Source: an uncultured virus (IMG/VR IMGVR_UViG_3300028591_000116) (lineage: Duplodnaviria > Heunggongvirae > Uroviricota > Caudoviricetes). From it: a stretch of DNA of 64,000 nt. Location: the IMG/VR virus record IMGVR_UViG_3300028591_000116; one strand, given 5' to 3'. Under the pieces are notes generated by a model that saw nothing but the letters and a program-made list of their open reading frames with translations, was not told where the DNA came from and made no database searches. How positions within the stretch are numbered: the stretch's first letter is position 1; each line of letters begins with the position of its first letter. The translations under genes and the position numbers were made by a program. Below are positions 28,854 through 40,284 of this stretch, piece after piece.

Positions 28854-31085
28854 TTATTTATAAGTAAAGAAGTTTTCTTTGTATCTTGCACCATTATTGG
28901 TTTGGTTAACCTTGTTAAGTCTAGCATTAGATGCATTTCGAAGTTTATTATCGATACCTGTATTCATACGAGTATCTCCATGTTTAACTTCGGCTGCATG
29001 TAAAGACGCTACACATAACTTAGCTAGTTTCTGCACGCGAGTCAACATATCGTACATCGCGCCAGATGTTTGAATACATCTAGCTTTCTGATCGATAGCA
29101 AGATCAAGTCCATCAACAATACCGTTTTCAATAGCTTTAGCTAACTTTTTATTCAAGCTAGCTTCATCTGCATCTCCGCCTTCAATATCTTCACTCTTAC
29201 GTTTCAAAGAGTTAGCATAGTTCTTATAGTTTAATTCCAAGCTATTATTAACGTCCGCTACAATCTTGTGATTGAAATTCTGAGTGATAGAATTTGAAAC
29301 CTTTTTAAACAGTTCATCAAAAGATTCCAATTTCTGAGGGTGAGCAAATACAGTTATGCTATCTGGTGTACTGAAGATATCGCTTACTGATTGTTCAGTA
29401 GGCTCTTCTTGAGAATTATCCAAGAACAGAGAAGTGACAATATGATTAGCAGTAGGGAATTCTCCATTTTCAACAATACCTTCAGGAGTAAAACCATAAA
29501 TATCATTATCCTGGAAAATACATCTAGCAATTCTAACTATTGCTTCATTCTTTATAGCAAGTTGAACACTCTTAGGATCTCTAGGATCTTCTATTTTATA
29601 ATCCTTACAGAATCCTTTAACAACGTTCATTTTAGCATTAATATCAGAAGCAGCCGCTACTCGTCTAGAAAGATCAATCATTCCCTGGAACATTTTGTTT
29701 GTTTCAGTCACAAGCTTACTAAGATATTTAGGTGCTGAATTGGCAAGGATAAGTGTAGGATCTCCTTTCATTTTATTTTCAGTTACAGTAGCTTCACTAC
29801 CGTATCTGGAGTACATAGAAGGAATACGTCCGTACCATTTTTTGAAATAAGCAGAGTTGATTTTAGCCTTCATCTTAGCAGGTTTAACTCGTCTAACCTC
29901 ATTCCATATATTATTGAGTTTAGAGAACTTTGCCTTGTATTTATCGTCGATCTTATTTACAGCAAAGCTGTTTGAATTAATAACGTTACTCTTAAGTTGC
30001 GACTTACCAAAATCGTAAGCAGAGTCTATAGCTTCAAGACTTCGTTTTCCTTTGATATCAACAAGCATAAGGCGATAAACGTCGTGTGCTGAAGAAGGAT
30101 AGAAATCGCGATGACAAATATTCAAATGTGTATCAAGTTTCAAATCTTCATCAATAGGAGGTTCTTTTCCTGTTATTGCGTCTGTTATGACGTCAACTAT
30201 AAAACTAACTGCCTGGAGATTATTAACTCTTGTGAGATTGATAATCTTATAATAAAGATAAATCAGTTTACTCAATCTATCATATAAATCTGTTTCCATC
30301 ATGAAAGCTCTAGTGTTTTCATCGTTATGAATAGCTGACAGGATAGTAGAAGCATCTTTCAATACACTGATATTACCGCTATTATTTATTTCTCTATCAA
30401 GATGCTCTATCTGTTTATAAAAAAGATTATCCAATTCAGATGTCAGACAATTCCTGTCATACAACGGGAATGTTGGCATTTTATTATCCTTTGAATAATA
30501 GAAATTTGTAGTCAAAATGTTTAATATACTATTGACACTTTCGTTATCAATAGTCAATCCAGCATTCTTATATTTATCAATTTCAGTATTTGAATAGATG
30601 TAGTTAATAAGATCTGTGAATCGTTTTTCTGAGTTTTCGCTTAAAATATTTACATTTCTATCAATGTTGTCGCCGCTATTGATGGCCTTTTCAAAATATT
30701 TATAATAATCCAGGCAAACGTATGATATAGCATCTATGATATGATCAAGAATACATAAATCTTCAGCAGCATTAAGTGATAGCATTGCTATAGGATATCT
30801 GATTTCATTTTTAATACTGTATTCGTTAATCTTATCTGCTAAGAATGCATAGAAATCGTCAACTGTTCCGTCTGTTCCTTCAGGCATATTTCTGTCTTCT
30901 GTCCAGAACTCGTTTAGAGTATTTATTTCGGCGTCAACTTCTTTTTTGATTTCGTCTCCATTAGTTGCTATACCTGATTTAAACATGTACAAAATGAAGT
31001 TAATTTTATTATAAGAAAGATTCAGTAAATCCTCTTTAGTAATTGTATTTAGTTCTAATTCTTTGAAAATCATGTTTTTCTCCAA
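28854..31085 (-). CDS. probable virion head protein
   Basis: 743 aa; late-type motif 31106-31118; internal RSLEA candidate processing site. Confidence 0.55.
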   Translation of the reverse strand: MEKNMIFKELELNTITKEDLLNLSYNKINFILYMFKSGIATNGDEIKKEVDAEINTLNEFWTEDRNMPEGTDGTVDDFYAFLADKINEYSIKNEIRYPIAMLSLNAAEDLCILDHIIDAISYVCLDYYKYFEKAINSGDNIDRNVNILSENSEKRFTDLINYIYSNTEIDKYKNAGLTIDNESVNSILNILTTNFYYSKDNKMPTFPLYDRNCLTSELDNLFYKQIEHLDREINNSGNISVLKDASTILSAIHNDENTRAFMMETDLYDRLSKLIYLYYKIINLTRVNNLQAVSFIVDVITDAITGKEPPIDEDLKLDTHLNICHRDFYPSSAHDVYRLMLVDIKGKRSLEAIDSAYDFGKSQLKSNVINSNSFAVNKIDDKYKAKFSKLNNIWNEVRRVKPAKMKAKINSAYFKKWYGRIPSMYSRYGSEATVTENKMKGDPTLILANSAPKYLSKLVTETNKMFQGMIDLSRRVAAASDINAKMNVVKGFCKDYKIEDPRDPKSVQLAIKNEAIVRIARCIFQDNDIYGFTPEGIVENGEFPTANHIVTSLFLDNSQEEPTEQSVSDIFSTPDSITVFAHPQKLESFDELFKKVSNSITQNFNHKIVADVNNSLELNYKNYANSLKRKSEDIEGGDADEASLNKKLAKAIENGIVDGLDLAIDQKARCIQTSGAMYDMLTRVQKLAKLCVASLHAAEVKHGDTRMNTGIDNKLRNASNARLNKVNQTNNGARYKENFFTYK

Positions 31086-31105
31086 ATTATTATATTAAAA
31101 TTGAT

Positions 31106-31118
31106 TCATTTAAATGTC
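31106..31118 (-). promoter_or_regulatory. late-type promoter motif GACATTTAAATGA (ACA-N6-TG)
   Basis: Identical 13-mer at 40509-40521(+) and 52462-52474(-); variants precede several other genes. Confidence 0.65.
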
Positions 31119-31175
31119 AAATTTTCTTTAAAATATATGACAAAAAGACTGGGTATAGCACCCAGTCTTTAAGTT

Positions 31176-34100
31176 TTATAAGATTGAAATTGTTATATTT
31201 GGAGCAAATACTACATCATTATTTGAGATGTTAGAATTAGCTTCATCTACTACATTCTGAATACACAGATACTCGTTATTCAACTCGTCATCCGATTCCT
31301 GATCATGGTAAATAGTCTGACATTCAGTGCTGTCATAATTATTAAGACCATAATATTCGAAGTATTTGATACTAGGAATTTCATTCTTAATTTCATCAAA
31401 CATCTTGATAATGTTGAACTCAACGTCTGTAGAGTCCGATTTGTTCTGAATATTTTTGATATACAGAATAATCTTTTCTTTGATGTTAGAAATCAAGAAC
31501 TGAGAGTTTTCAGAAGTAATGTTTGAATCAAATTTAACACCTAAATTCAAACTAATAGCAAGAGAATCTAGGAATTCTTTTTCACCAGATTTCTTATTAT
31601 AGAAATAATATGTTGAACTTACACCAGATGTAGTTTTAACACCTAAATACAAGTTACCTTCATCAACGAAGATGTTATCCATAGACGCGATTTTATCAAT
31701 GAGTCTAGTATAAGCATCGATGATATCGTTGAAGTTATCAGGAATACTGTATACTCGTGAATAAGCAGGTATTCCGTAAAGATAACAAACTTGAGTTGAA
31801 TCTTCTTTTATCTTAGGAGTTCCATCATCATTATAGATAATATCACCTTTTCGGTATTTGTAGGTAATATTACCCGCTTTACTACCGAAGTAAATGACGT
31901 TGTTACCGTTTTCAGTATCAAAGATTACACATGAAATAGAACTTCCAATGAATGAACCTGTATTAGTCAAACCGCCAGCCTGGCTATCATAAGATTCCCA
32001 AACGTTAGTAAGTGTTTCGTAGTTACAAATACGTCCATACTCACCGCAGAACAAAATGTTTGTACCATAAAGTAATGTGGCAAAAATATCAACGTTTCCA
32101 TTATATGCACCATTAGAAGACAAACCAGAATTAGCATCATAGTTAGTCCACTGGTTTTTAACGAAGTTGTAACTAGCAATGTAACCGTCTTTACCTGCTT
32201 CAACAAATGAAGAACCTGAAATAATAGCGGTGTACATAGTTTTATTATCGACTACATCACCAGAGTTCAGTTCATAAACTGCACCAGTTGTCAAGTCGAC
32301 ATAGCTAGATACACCGTTAATACCAGTGAAGTAAATAGAAGATTCAAGGTTCTTAGCACTAGCCAAAATAGAATTGTAATTTCTGATAGAACCGTCTGAG
32401 AAGATGTTTTCACGAGAACGTGTACCTTCATCAGAGTCGAAGTTATGCCAACCAGAGTTACCATAACCAAGTGTCAATGAACATATACGTCCAGAACCAC
32501 CAGCAAATACCAATCCTTTTCGTTCAGAAGTAGTATTATCAGTGTTAACTACTGTATAAGTATATTCCTCACAACAATAGAGAGCGTTGGTTTCATTAAG
32601 ACCGTTAATACAAGATCCATTGTTACTATAAACGGCGGTTCCTGATGGGTCCTGAGTTGAATTATCTACAGTAGTCCAGAAGTTATTAGAAAGCTTACAA
32701 GAAACAACACGTCCAAGATCACCATAGGCAATCAAGCAGTCTCCTTTTTCAGCATCCTTAATAAGCTTCAAACCTCGAATAGCAGCAACTTTAGTCTGAC
32801 CGTTTACTTTATATGTACCAAGAAGGTTTTGACCCTTGATTACGTAACCTGTGTTAGAAGCATCAATAGAATCTACCGCGCCATCATAACTACGATACAT
32901 ACCAGAATTAGCAGTATTTACTTCATTATAATCGTGCCATTTGTTGTATCTGATATCGTAACAACCGATACGTCCTTCTTCACCAGCGAAGATAACCATA
33001 TCATTCCACTCAATCAATGCGTATATAGGCAGACCACCTAATACAGAACCTCCGTTATAAATACCGGTTTCAGTAGTTTCATCAGACCATTTCCAGTTAT
33101 CACCAGAAACTGCATTAAATGATCCTACACGACCATCAAGGTTCTGCTTAACGTCACCAGCAGAATGCAACAATACATATTTACTGTCAGATGAAACTGT
33201 TCCATCTGGTAAAGTGTTTGAAGACGATTCTATTTCGTATTCGTTTTCACTGTTTGTTTTATAAACGTTTTCGCTATATGTATCAGGAATATCTTCTTCG
33301 GCACGTTCATATACAGGCTGGGTAAATTTCAAATCTGAGACGATATTGATTTCTTTAGAAATATCTTTTACAAGTTCGATATTTTCACACTCGTAAATAA
33401 TACCGATAAAGTAATTATCAGCAATTTCCTGTGAAGTCAAATATTCGTTATAATAATGACCAGAATCAGATATATCTTCATTAGATTTAAAGATAACTGC
33501 AACATCGATATTTACCTTAGGATCAATATAATAGAACGAGTACTGCGTCTGTGAATACGGAACACTCTTAAGAGAAGTCTCATCAATATTGATTTTACCA
33601 TCAGCTAAAACAGAACTGTTAGTGTGAAGTTTAGTTGTGCAATGTAAAATGTTGTTGTCTTCAAGATCAAAGCTAATATCTTCAATACCAATATCTCTAG
33701 AGTAAATACTTCCATCAGATGTATTCTTAACCATCAAACGGAATTTGATATACTGGTCTTCTACTGAAGTTCCTTTAGCTATAGCCTTAAGATGGTTATA
33801 GATGTAATCACTGATATATACGTCGAATGAAATATAGTAATAATCTTTTACAGCTTTACCATTTTCAAGCGTATCAACTGATATAGGATTACGGTTAATG
33901 TCAATAGAAGTTATACTAGCTTTATCGTAAATGCTATTATCAATATAAATTGATTGAGTTATAGCAGATTTTTCAATACTTTCATCAAATACACTTACTT
34001 CAAGAGTATCACCGTTCTGGATTCTTATGAAGTATGGGAATTTGTATTGCTCTTTAGTAAGATCGCGTTTATATTCAGTATAAAATGTGTTATAAACTGA

Positions 34101-35489
34101 AAGTTGAGAATTAGGAATCCATTTGTATGCTTGAAGATCAGGATCATAATCAAATCCGTCTGCTGGAGTAATAATACGTGAGTTACTTCCAGATTCAACT
34201 GCTAAATCACTATAAGAGAAATAAGCATTAATCATCTTAGACGGAATAACAACGTCATTCTTTGTGTTTAAGAAAGAAGAAAGAGTGTATTCTAGAGAAT
34301 ACATATCGTGACGTTTCTTATGTGATGAGAATCCGTTCTTTTTAGCTGCAATAGAAAGTGAAGTAGGAGTAATAACTTCTCCACGTTCGGACTGAATTAC
34401 TAATTCACGAATACCTTCAAGATCAAGGTCATCTTTACCACCAGCAGCTTCAGAAGATATAATAGAACATGTAGGAATCATATTCACTAAAGCATATTGT
34501 GGTTCGTCTGATATATCCTGATTGAAGATAACGTTTGTGTCTTCAATAGTGTTTGTATCGACTTGGCCTAAAGAGAAGTTTCCTGCTGATCCTTTAGTGG
34601 TATAAACGATTACTTTAAGTACACCGTTTGTAGGATTGAAAGCGTCAGGCAATTTAGAGAACTTGAGTTTTATAGTCTGAACACCACCATTGTTAGACAA
34701 TGTATACCCTAATCCATCAGAATAAGTTTCTCCTTCAAGATAACACTTTACACTTTGATATTTTGTAGAACTCTGCGCCTTATACAGAACGACAAATCCT
34801 ATAAGTTTATCAGCATATTCTACGTTGATATTCTTAGGTTCACCTGTCATTTCGTATTCGTTAGTAATGCGTTCATACTGTTTTACGTCAACGTACATAG
34901 AGAACATTTGTCTATTCTCAATAACAACATCATTTCGAGTATTCAAGTATGGATTATTAATAGAAATGACCGATCCTGTTTCAAGATCATCTGTGTTATA
35001 CATTGCGTATATAGAATAACTTTTACTTCCATCCCTATTGGTATAAGGAGTAGTATAGATATCTATATTATAATCCAGAGTCATCGGCGGATTATCACCG
35101 ATAATAAACTGTGTGTTTTTGTTTAATGTAAGTTTATACTTACCATCAGGTTGCAACACAGATTGATTAATGATATCCTGTTGAGGATAAGAAATAACCA
35201 ATTGCATAGAACTTGGTGATCCGTATATTCCTTTTATGTCGTCAGATTTTAGTTGTCTCAACAGAGATTTTGCTTGTACTGCTGTAGATGGTGTGATTTC
35301 ACGTTTAGCCATAAGCATAGAAAAATTTGAATAAGCAGAAATTTTTCCTAAAGTACTAGCATATAAATTAGTGAAGCTTGTTGGAGCTTCGTTTATTTTT
35401 TCATCAGGTCTAAGAACCCAATCTTCAAGATTGTCTAAAAACTCATTGATAGCAGATTGAGCACTAGTTTTATTTATATCTTGCCACAT
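31176..35489 (-). CDS. baseplate wedge-like protein with internal beta-propeller-like repeats
   Basis: VYTTKGSAGNF and AAGGKD.LDL..IRE motifs typical of baseplate wedge/gpJ-like proteins; repeated F.G..GRI..Y....W blades. Confidence 0.7.
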   Translation of the reverse strand: MWQDINKTSAQSAINEFLDNLEDWVLRPDEKINEAPTSFTNLYASTLGKISAYSNFSMLMAKREITPSTAVQAKSLLRQLKSDDIKGIYGSPSSMQLVISYPQQDIINQSVLQPDGKYKLTLNKNTQFIIGDNPPMTLDYNIDIYTTPYTNRDGSKSYSIYAMYNTDDLETGSVISINNPYLNTRNDVVIENRQMFSMYVDVKQYERITNEYEMTGEPKNINVEYADKLIGFVVLYKAQSSTKYQSVKCYLEGETYSDGLGYTLSNNGGVQTIKLKFSKLPDAFNPTNGVLKVIVYTTKGSAGNFSLGQVDTNTIEDTNVIFNQDISDEPQYALVNMIPTCSIISSEAAGGKDDLDLEGIRELVIQSERGEVITPTSLSIAAKKNGFSSHKKRHDMYSLEYTLSSFLNTKNDVVIPSKMINAYFSYSDLAVESGSNSRIITPADGFDYDPDLQAYKWIPNSQLSVYNTFYTEYKRDLTKEQYKFPYFIRIQNGDTLEVSVFDESIEKSAITQSIYIDNSIYDKASITSIDINRNPISVDTLENGKAVKDYYYISFDVYISDYIYNHLKAIAKGTSVEDQYIKFRLMVKNTSDGSIYSRDIGIEDISFDLEDNNILHCTTKLHTNSSVLADGKINIDETSLKSVPYSQTQYSFYYIDPKVNIDVAVIFKSNEDISDSGHYYNEYLTSQEIADNYFIGIIYECENIELVKDISKEINIVSDLKFTQPVYERAEEDIPDTYSENVYKTNSENEYEIESSSNTLPDGTVSSDSKYVLLHSAGDVKQNLDGRVGSFNAVSGDNWKWSDETTETGIYNGGSVLGGLPIYALIEWNDMVIFAGEEGRIGCYDIRYNKWHDYNEVNTANSGMYRSYDGAVDSIDASNTGYVIKGQNLLGTYKVNGQTKVAAIRGLKLIKDAEKGDCLIAYGDLGRVVSCKLSNNFWTTVDNSTQDPSGTAVYSNNGSCINGLNETNALYCCEEYTYTVVNTDNTTSERKGLVFAGGSGRICSLTLGYGNSGWHNFDSDEGTRSRENIFSDGSIRNYNSILASAKNLESSIYFTGINGVSSYVDLTTGAVYELNSGDVVDNKTMYTAIISGSSFVEAGKDGYIASYNFVKNQWTNYDANSGLSSNGAYNGNVDIFATLLYGTNILFCGEYGRICNYETLTNVWESYDSQAGGLTNTGSFIGSSISCVIFDTENGNNVIYFGSKAGNITYKYRKGDIIYNDDGTPKIKEDSTQVCYLYGIPAYSRVYSIPDNFNDIIDAYTRLIDKIASMDNIFVDEGNLYLGVKTTSGVSSTYYFYNKKSGEKEFLDSLAISLNLGVKFDSNITSENSQFLISNIKEKIILYIKNIQNKSDSTDVEFNIIKMFDEIKNEIPSIKYFEYYGLNNYDSTECQTIYHDQESDDELNNEYLCIQNVVDEANSNISNNDVVFAPNITISIL

Positions 35490-35499
35490 TTTCTATACC

Positions 35500-36942
35500 T
35501 TACAAATACATGAGTTTGTTTCCATCTACAATATATGGAGAACGATAATTATAAATATCGCCAACATTACCAAAATATTCACCAACACGCGATTGTTCAA
35601 ACGATTTTAAACCTTTAAGATCAGTAGGCTTATTGAAGTCTATATCACTTGTGTCACCAAACAACTTGTCAGCGTCTAATCCTGTTACTGAAGAGTATCG
35701 GTCAATACCGTTAGCTCTATCTAGTTCAAATTTAGGATTGAGTAATTTGTTAGGAACCATACGAGGGTTGTATGAATTTCTAAAGAATAGCGCTTCTTTT
35801 TCAGTGATCATATGATTCATTGCATAGAACAATGCGTCTGCTGTGTTTTCTCTTCCGTTTCCAACTCCATAAGGATTAAGAGGATCACCATTACCTGTTC
35901 TACAAGTAAGAGCGCACTCAGCAATCATGTTAAATTCTCTAAAGAGAATAGGATCCATAGGACAAGCATGGTTGTATTGGAATGGAATAGACAGTTTCGA
36001 TAATGCTTGTATATCTATATCTTTTGTATGCATGATATTTGCAAATGGAATCATCTTAGGGAAAGCACCAGTATATCGTGTTGCTCTAATTATAGTCTTT
36101 TGATCTGTATCAAGAGTAAAAATGTAAATAGAACATGTATAATCGATAATACGATTTACTATATAATTTCTCTCAGGATGACAAACTCCTTTTGCTACAT
36201 AATGGATATAGTATACCCACATTAAAATAAGATAGAATACTGGAGATCCATAAATGTCTTCGAAAGTGAGAGTAATTTCACCAGGACCTCTTGATTCATT
36301 AATACCTGAACCGTAAACAAGATGATTACCAGAGAAGTTTGCATCAGTTTGTTCAGTTTCAAGAATTACATCTTTACCACCTGAAGATTCTGTACAAAGA
36401 TTAGATAAAACTGGTATAAATGGTGTTTGTTCGATTGGATAACTTAAACCGATTTCTTCGATATAAGATTCTTTTTCACCAGGACCAGGAATACTTCCTC
36501 GTCCACCAACCAAACCATCCCACGCAGTACCTTTAAGGATACCAAGTTCTCCCCAACTTAATTTCTCTAAATCGTTTTTCGATTCTCGTTTATATAATCC
36601 GCCAATAGCAATATTTTCTACTATTTTTGGATACATTAAAAATCTAGCTAAAGTAGTTCCTAATTTACTGCTACTAGCATAACTAAGAACTCGGCTTCGT
36701 TCAATGTTACCGACTGTTCTTAAATTTAAATTAGGTCTAGTTATGTATATTCTAGTACGTCCTTGTTTTTGAGGATCAACGAATATTTTTCCACTATTAT
36801 TAAAGAAACTTACAGCAGAAGATACTGGGTCTGCTTGGTTCAATCCTATATTATCAAGAACGTATGAGTAATACGTTTCTAATTCATCTAATAATTTTGA
36901 ATCTTTAACGTAATCGTATGAAGTAGGTGTTTCTACACTCAT
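35500..36942 (-). CDS. tail tube-like / baseplate hub protein
   Basis: ITRPNLNL, ITLTFED, W..YI..V..G, IDYTCSIYIF.LD and TGAFP..IP motifs of jumbo-phage tube-fold proteins; adjacent to the baseplate gene. Confidence 0.65.
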   Translation of the reverse strand: MSVETPTSYDYVKDSKLLDELETYYSYVLDNIGLNQADPVSSAVSFFNNSGKIFVDPQKQGRTRIYITRPNLNLRTVGNIERSRVLSYASSSKLGTTLARFLMYPKIVENIAIGGLYKRESKNDLEKLSWGELGILKGTAWDGLVGGRGSIPGPGEKESYIEEIGLSYPIEQTPFIPVLSNLCTESSGGKDVILETEQTDANFSGNHLVYGSGINESRGPGEITLTFEDIYGSPVFYLILMWVYYIHYVAKGVCHPERNYIVNRIIDYTCSIYIFTLDTDQKTIIRATRYTGAFPKMIPFANIMHTKDIDIQALSKLSIPFQYNHACPMDPILFREFNMIAECALTCRTGNGDPLNPYGVGNGRENTADALFYAMNHMITEKEALFFRNSYNPRMVPNKLLNPKFELDRANGIDRYSSVTGLDADKLFGDTSDIDFNKPTDLKGLKSFEQSRVGEYFGNVGDIYNYRSPYIVDGNKLMYL

Positions 36943-37103
36943 AAAGTAACCTCTTCAAATAAATTTTAAACATTATTGAGTTCATAAAAATGTCGAAAAA
37001 TTAAAACATTATTCAATTATATATTGCTTTTTCGAATTGGATATAATGATAAAATAATATATCCATAAAAACATCTTTTTGGTTAATATATAGGAGGCAT
37101 CCA

Positions 37104-37505
37104 ATGCCAGATTTAATGGAAACAAAGGTAGAAGGAGACATTGCTAACTTCGAAGTAGCAACTTCTGAACCTGTTGAGGTGGTAAAAATAAACGCTATTG
37201 CTAAACCAAAAACCAAATTAAAAACCACTGGTGGAGCAAGCGATTTATTTGAGATAGCTGAAACAGGAAAACCGAAATCTAAAAAGGTTCATCAGATCTA
37301 TAGAAAGTCAGATTCAGTTGAAGATATGGCTAAATCAACAGTAGACCTTATGGCCGATTCAACTAGGGTTGTATTAAAAGAATTTAATGATCATGAAAAC
37401 GATAAGCTTAGTAACTTGGTCAATAAAAATTACAGTCCTAGAAAACCTAAAACAGACGACGAATCTGATCTTAATAATGTATTAGATTCATTGCACTTGT
37501 TTTAA
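37104..37505 (+). CDS. hypothetical protein
   Basis: AGGAGG RBS; late-type motif upstream. Confidence 0.7.
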   Translation: MPDLMETKVEGDIANFEVATSEPVEVVKINAIAKPKTKLKTTGGASDLFEIAETGKPKSKKVHQIYRKSDSVEDMAKSTVDLMADSTRVVLKEFNDHENDKLSNLVNKNYSPRKPKTDDESDLNNVLDSLHLF

Positions 37506-37624
37506 TAAGAATTGGGCTGAGGTTTACTCAGCTCTTTTCTTTTTTATAAGAAAATGACAAATTAATGATTACAGTTTAAAGAAGGAAATTTCTTTATAAA
37601 TATATATCAAATTGGAGTCAATAT

Positions 37625-38917
37625 ATGATCAGTGACGTTATTGATATAGCTAAAGCTGTTGGTACTTTAACAGATACTGGCGGAAAAGTAATAGATGCTG
37701 GTTCTAAAGTAGCATCTTCAGTAGCTGATAGTAAAGCAGCTATAATGTCTATTGCTGAAAAATCAAGAAAATCAGTAATGATGTATAAGGTCTGGATGTC
37801 TGCTAGCATTCGAGAAACTGAACTTGCTAAGGATATCAACAAATGGCTTGAGAATATGTATAGTATTTTCACTATGCTTATTTTGGGTTACAACCCAATG
37901 GCTAAAGATAATACCGAATTGCACGGAATTATTGGTGGAATTTCAGCAGAATCATTTAAACCTGACTATAACACCAGAACTCAAGAAGCCGCTTATCAGA
38001 AAGCTATGGTAATTCTTGACGATGAAAGAAAACCATCTTCACCTAGAATTGGTAGAGGATATAAATCGGAAGAAGCTAAGAAACCCATCGCTTCTATTCC
38101 TGATGGAAACACAATTAAAGGATACTATGGAAACATCGGCGATCTTAGAAACGCCGCTGTTAAAGACGCAAACGTTGGAAGCGGCGAAGCTCACTTCATC
38201 AGTTACCTTAAAGATCTTGATACTAAATCTTATCCTACAATCGTTAAAATGAATGTAAATGTTCGTGGAACCACAATCAGTATTCCTTTAGCAATAAAGT
38301 GTAACGTTTATCCAATGGGATCTGAGGAAACTCGTCTCTTGATCGAATCTGGTATTTCTGGTAAGATGTTTGATTATCTCCGCAAGATCAAATGGCGTTC
38401 AGGAGAAATCTCTACTCTTGCATGGATCTTTAACACAGATGTTGCTGAAAAGAGTAAGACTTTATATGCTAAACTTGGAAGAAACCCTATGTTCGTAGAA
38501 CTTCAGCAGAGAAAAGCTGCTGCTAAACGTTCTTTCTGGGGTAAATTCCTTTCTCGCTTTGGAGCAGAATACTCAACAGATGATGATCAGAAAGGCGCAT
38601 ATAATACTATTAACGCTGCGATAGCAAACGTTCCTCCTACATCTTCTCTTATTGTTTCAAAAGACGATCTTGTAGCTGCTACACGTTTGAATATTGAACA
38701 CTTCACAAAAAATGAAGGTTTTGTTAATAGATTCATGAGAGACAACTTCCTGCTTTGTCTTGGTATTGTTGATCATGCAACCCAGGAATTTACTTGCTTT
38801 ATGATGGGTTATAAACAACCATTCAAGTTATCTTTTGACGAATTAACTAAATCAAATAACCAGGGACAGGATAAGACAATGTCCGATATCATTAAGATTC
38901 TTGCTACGAAGGTATAA
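37625..38917 (+). CDS. probable virion structural protein
   Basis: Late-type motif 37556-37568; SAES site; 'L...KWRSGEIS' segment recalls conserved jumbo-phage virion proteins. Confidence 0.6.
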   Translation: MISDVIDIAKAVGTLTDTGGKVIDAGSKVASSVADSKAAIMSIAEKSRKSVMMYKVWMSASIRETELAKDINKWLENMYSIFTMLILGYNPMAKDNTELHGIIGGISAESFKPDYNTRTQEAAYQKAMVILDDERKPSSPRIGRGYKSEEAKKPIASIPDGNTIKGYYGNIGDLRNAAVKDANVGSGEAHFISYLKDLDTKSYPTIVKMNVNVRGTTISIPLAIKCNVYPMGSEETRLLIESGISGKMFDYLRKIKWRSGEISTLAWIFNTDVAEKSKTLYAKLGRNPMFVELQQRKAAAKRSFWGKFLSRFGAEYSTDDDQKGAYNTINAAIANVPPTSSLIVSKDDLVAATRLNIEHFTKNEGFVNRFMRDNFLLCLGIVDHATQEFTCFMMGYKQPFKLSFDELTKSNNQGQDKTMSDIIKILATKV

Positions 38918-38922
38918 CAGAT

Positions 38923-40245
38923 ATGAAAAACTTTGATTTTAAAACCATAAAAGAAATCTATGATAAAGCGGATAAAAACTTCAATCCTAAGAATCATAAA
39001 GTAGATTCTAAAGATCCTAATCCGCAGATATTCACATCAAAAATATACTTTAAATTCTTGTCTATGAATAATAAGACAATGAATAAAGCTCTCAAACAGG
39101 GAAATCCAGAATATTATAAACTCCTTGAAGATACAAATGGCGATTACTCTCGTCGTAAAGGCGGACATATTCCAGAACAGATTAGAGATCATGCTTCATG
39201 GGCTAAAGAAATGATTCGCTTGAATCCTAATCTTAAATACAGTCTTCTTGGAACATTTGTCGATACATATTCTTTACTCAATGATCTTCGATGGAGAGCT
39301 GCATTTAAATTAGCTTTTGATTACTGTAGGAAAAATGGTGACAATCAGACAATTGCTGCTGCAATAAAGAGTTTGTATTTCGGTATGGTTATCGCTTGCG
39401 AAACTATGCTTCTTAAAGTACTTGAAGTTGAATACATGATTTCTTTGAATCGTGATGTTCAACAGGCTACTCTTGAAGTACAGACAAAGTATTATGTATT
39501 CATGAAGAAAACTGTCGTACCAGCGATCAATTTGTTTGTATTGATGTCTAACCTCAAAGATCCTACAACATATGTAAAATCTGTAATCAATGGTGAATCA
39601 AAAGCTAAACGTGCAACAGAAAACTTTACAGTACCAATGTACAAAGATGAAGCAGTGAAATCTACTGAAGGTGCAATCTTTGATACAATGAAAGCTGCTG
39701 GTGGAGCAATAGTTAATATTGCTGCTTCTGGTGTTACTGCTGTTACAGGTCTTGTTACAGGATCTGCTTCTACTGCTGGTACACTTATTACTGGCGGAAC
39801 TGTTGCTGCTGGAACTTCTGTTGCTGCGGGTGTAGCATTTATCGTTGGTGTTATTGGTACACTGTGGTTTATTTTCACTATCATTCCTAGTATAAGAATT
39901 ATTCTTTACTATTCTGCTATCGCTAAGATTAACGTTCAGAAAGAGTTAGCTCTTCATGAAGAAATGCTCAGTAATAATATCGCTACTCTCAAACAGAAAT
40001 ACAATGAAATGAGAGATGGTCCAGAAAAAGAAAAACTGGGTGAAGTTATTGCTAAACAACAGCAGATGTATGAAGACCTTCTCGCTAAGATCAAGAATAT
40101 GAGCAGTGACAATTATAACGATGATACTGCTACTGATAATGCTCTTAGTACTGATGAATCTGAAGCAGATAAAGAAGCTGAAGATAAGGGTAAAGACACT
40201 AATACTGACGGTGACGATACTGATACTTTTGATGTTTTGATCTAA
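38923..40245 (+). CDS. probable virion protein with Ala/Gly-rich hydrophobic segment
   Basis: ATE and STE sites, long A/G/T-rich hydrophobic region, acidic tail. Confidence 0.6.
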   Translation: MKNFDFKTIKEIYDKADKNFNPKNHKVDSKDPNPQIFTSKIYFKFLSMNNKTMNKALKQGNPEYYKLLEDTNGDYSRRKGGHIPEQIRDHASWAKEMIRLNPNLKYSLLGTFVDTYSLLNDLRWRAAFKLAFDYCRKNGDNQTIAAAIKSLYFGMVIACETMLLKVLEVEYMISLNRDVQQATLEVQTKYYVFMKKTVVPAINLFVLMSNLKDPTTYVKSVINGESKAKRATENFTVPMYKDEAVKSTEGAIFDTMKAAGGAIVNIAASGVTAVTGLVTGSASTAGTLITGGTVAAGTSVAAGVAFIVGVIGTLWFIFTIIPSIRIILYYSAIAKINVQKELALHEEMLSNNIATLKQKYNEMRDGPEKEKLGEVIAKQQQMYEDLLAKIKNMSSDNYNDDTATDNALSTDESEADKEAEDKGKDTNTDGDDTDTFDVLI

Positions 40246-40252
40246 CATAAAC

Positions 40253-40280
40253 GGAGAGGCCAATGAAGCCTCTCCTTTTT
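40253..40280 (+). terminator. intrinsic terminator adjacent to cassette 3
   Basis: ggagaggc-caatgaa-gcctctcc followed by a T run. Confidence 0.8.
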
Positions 40281-40284
40281 CTTT

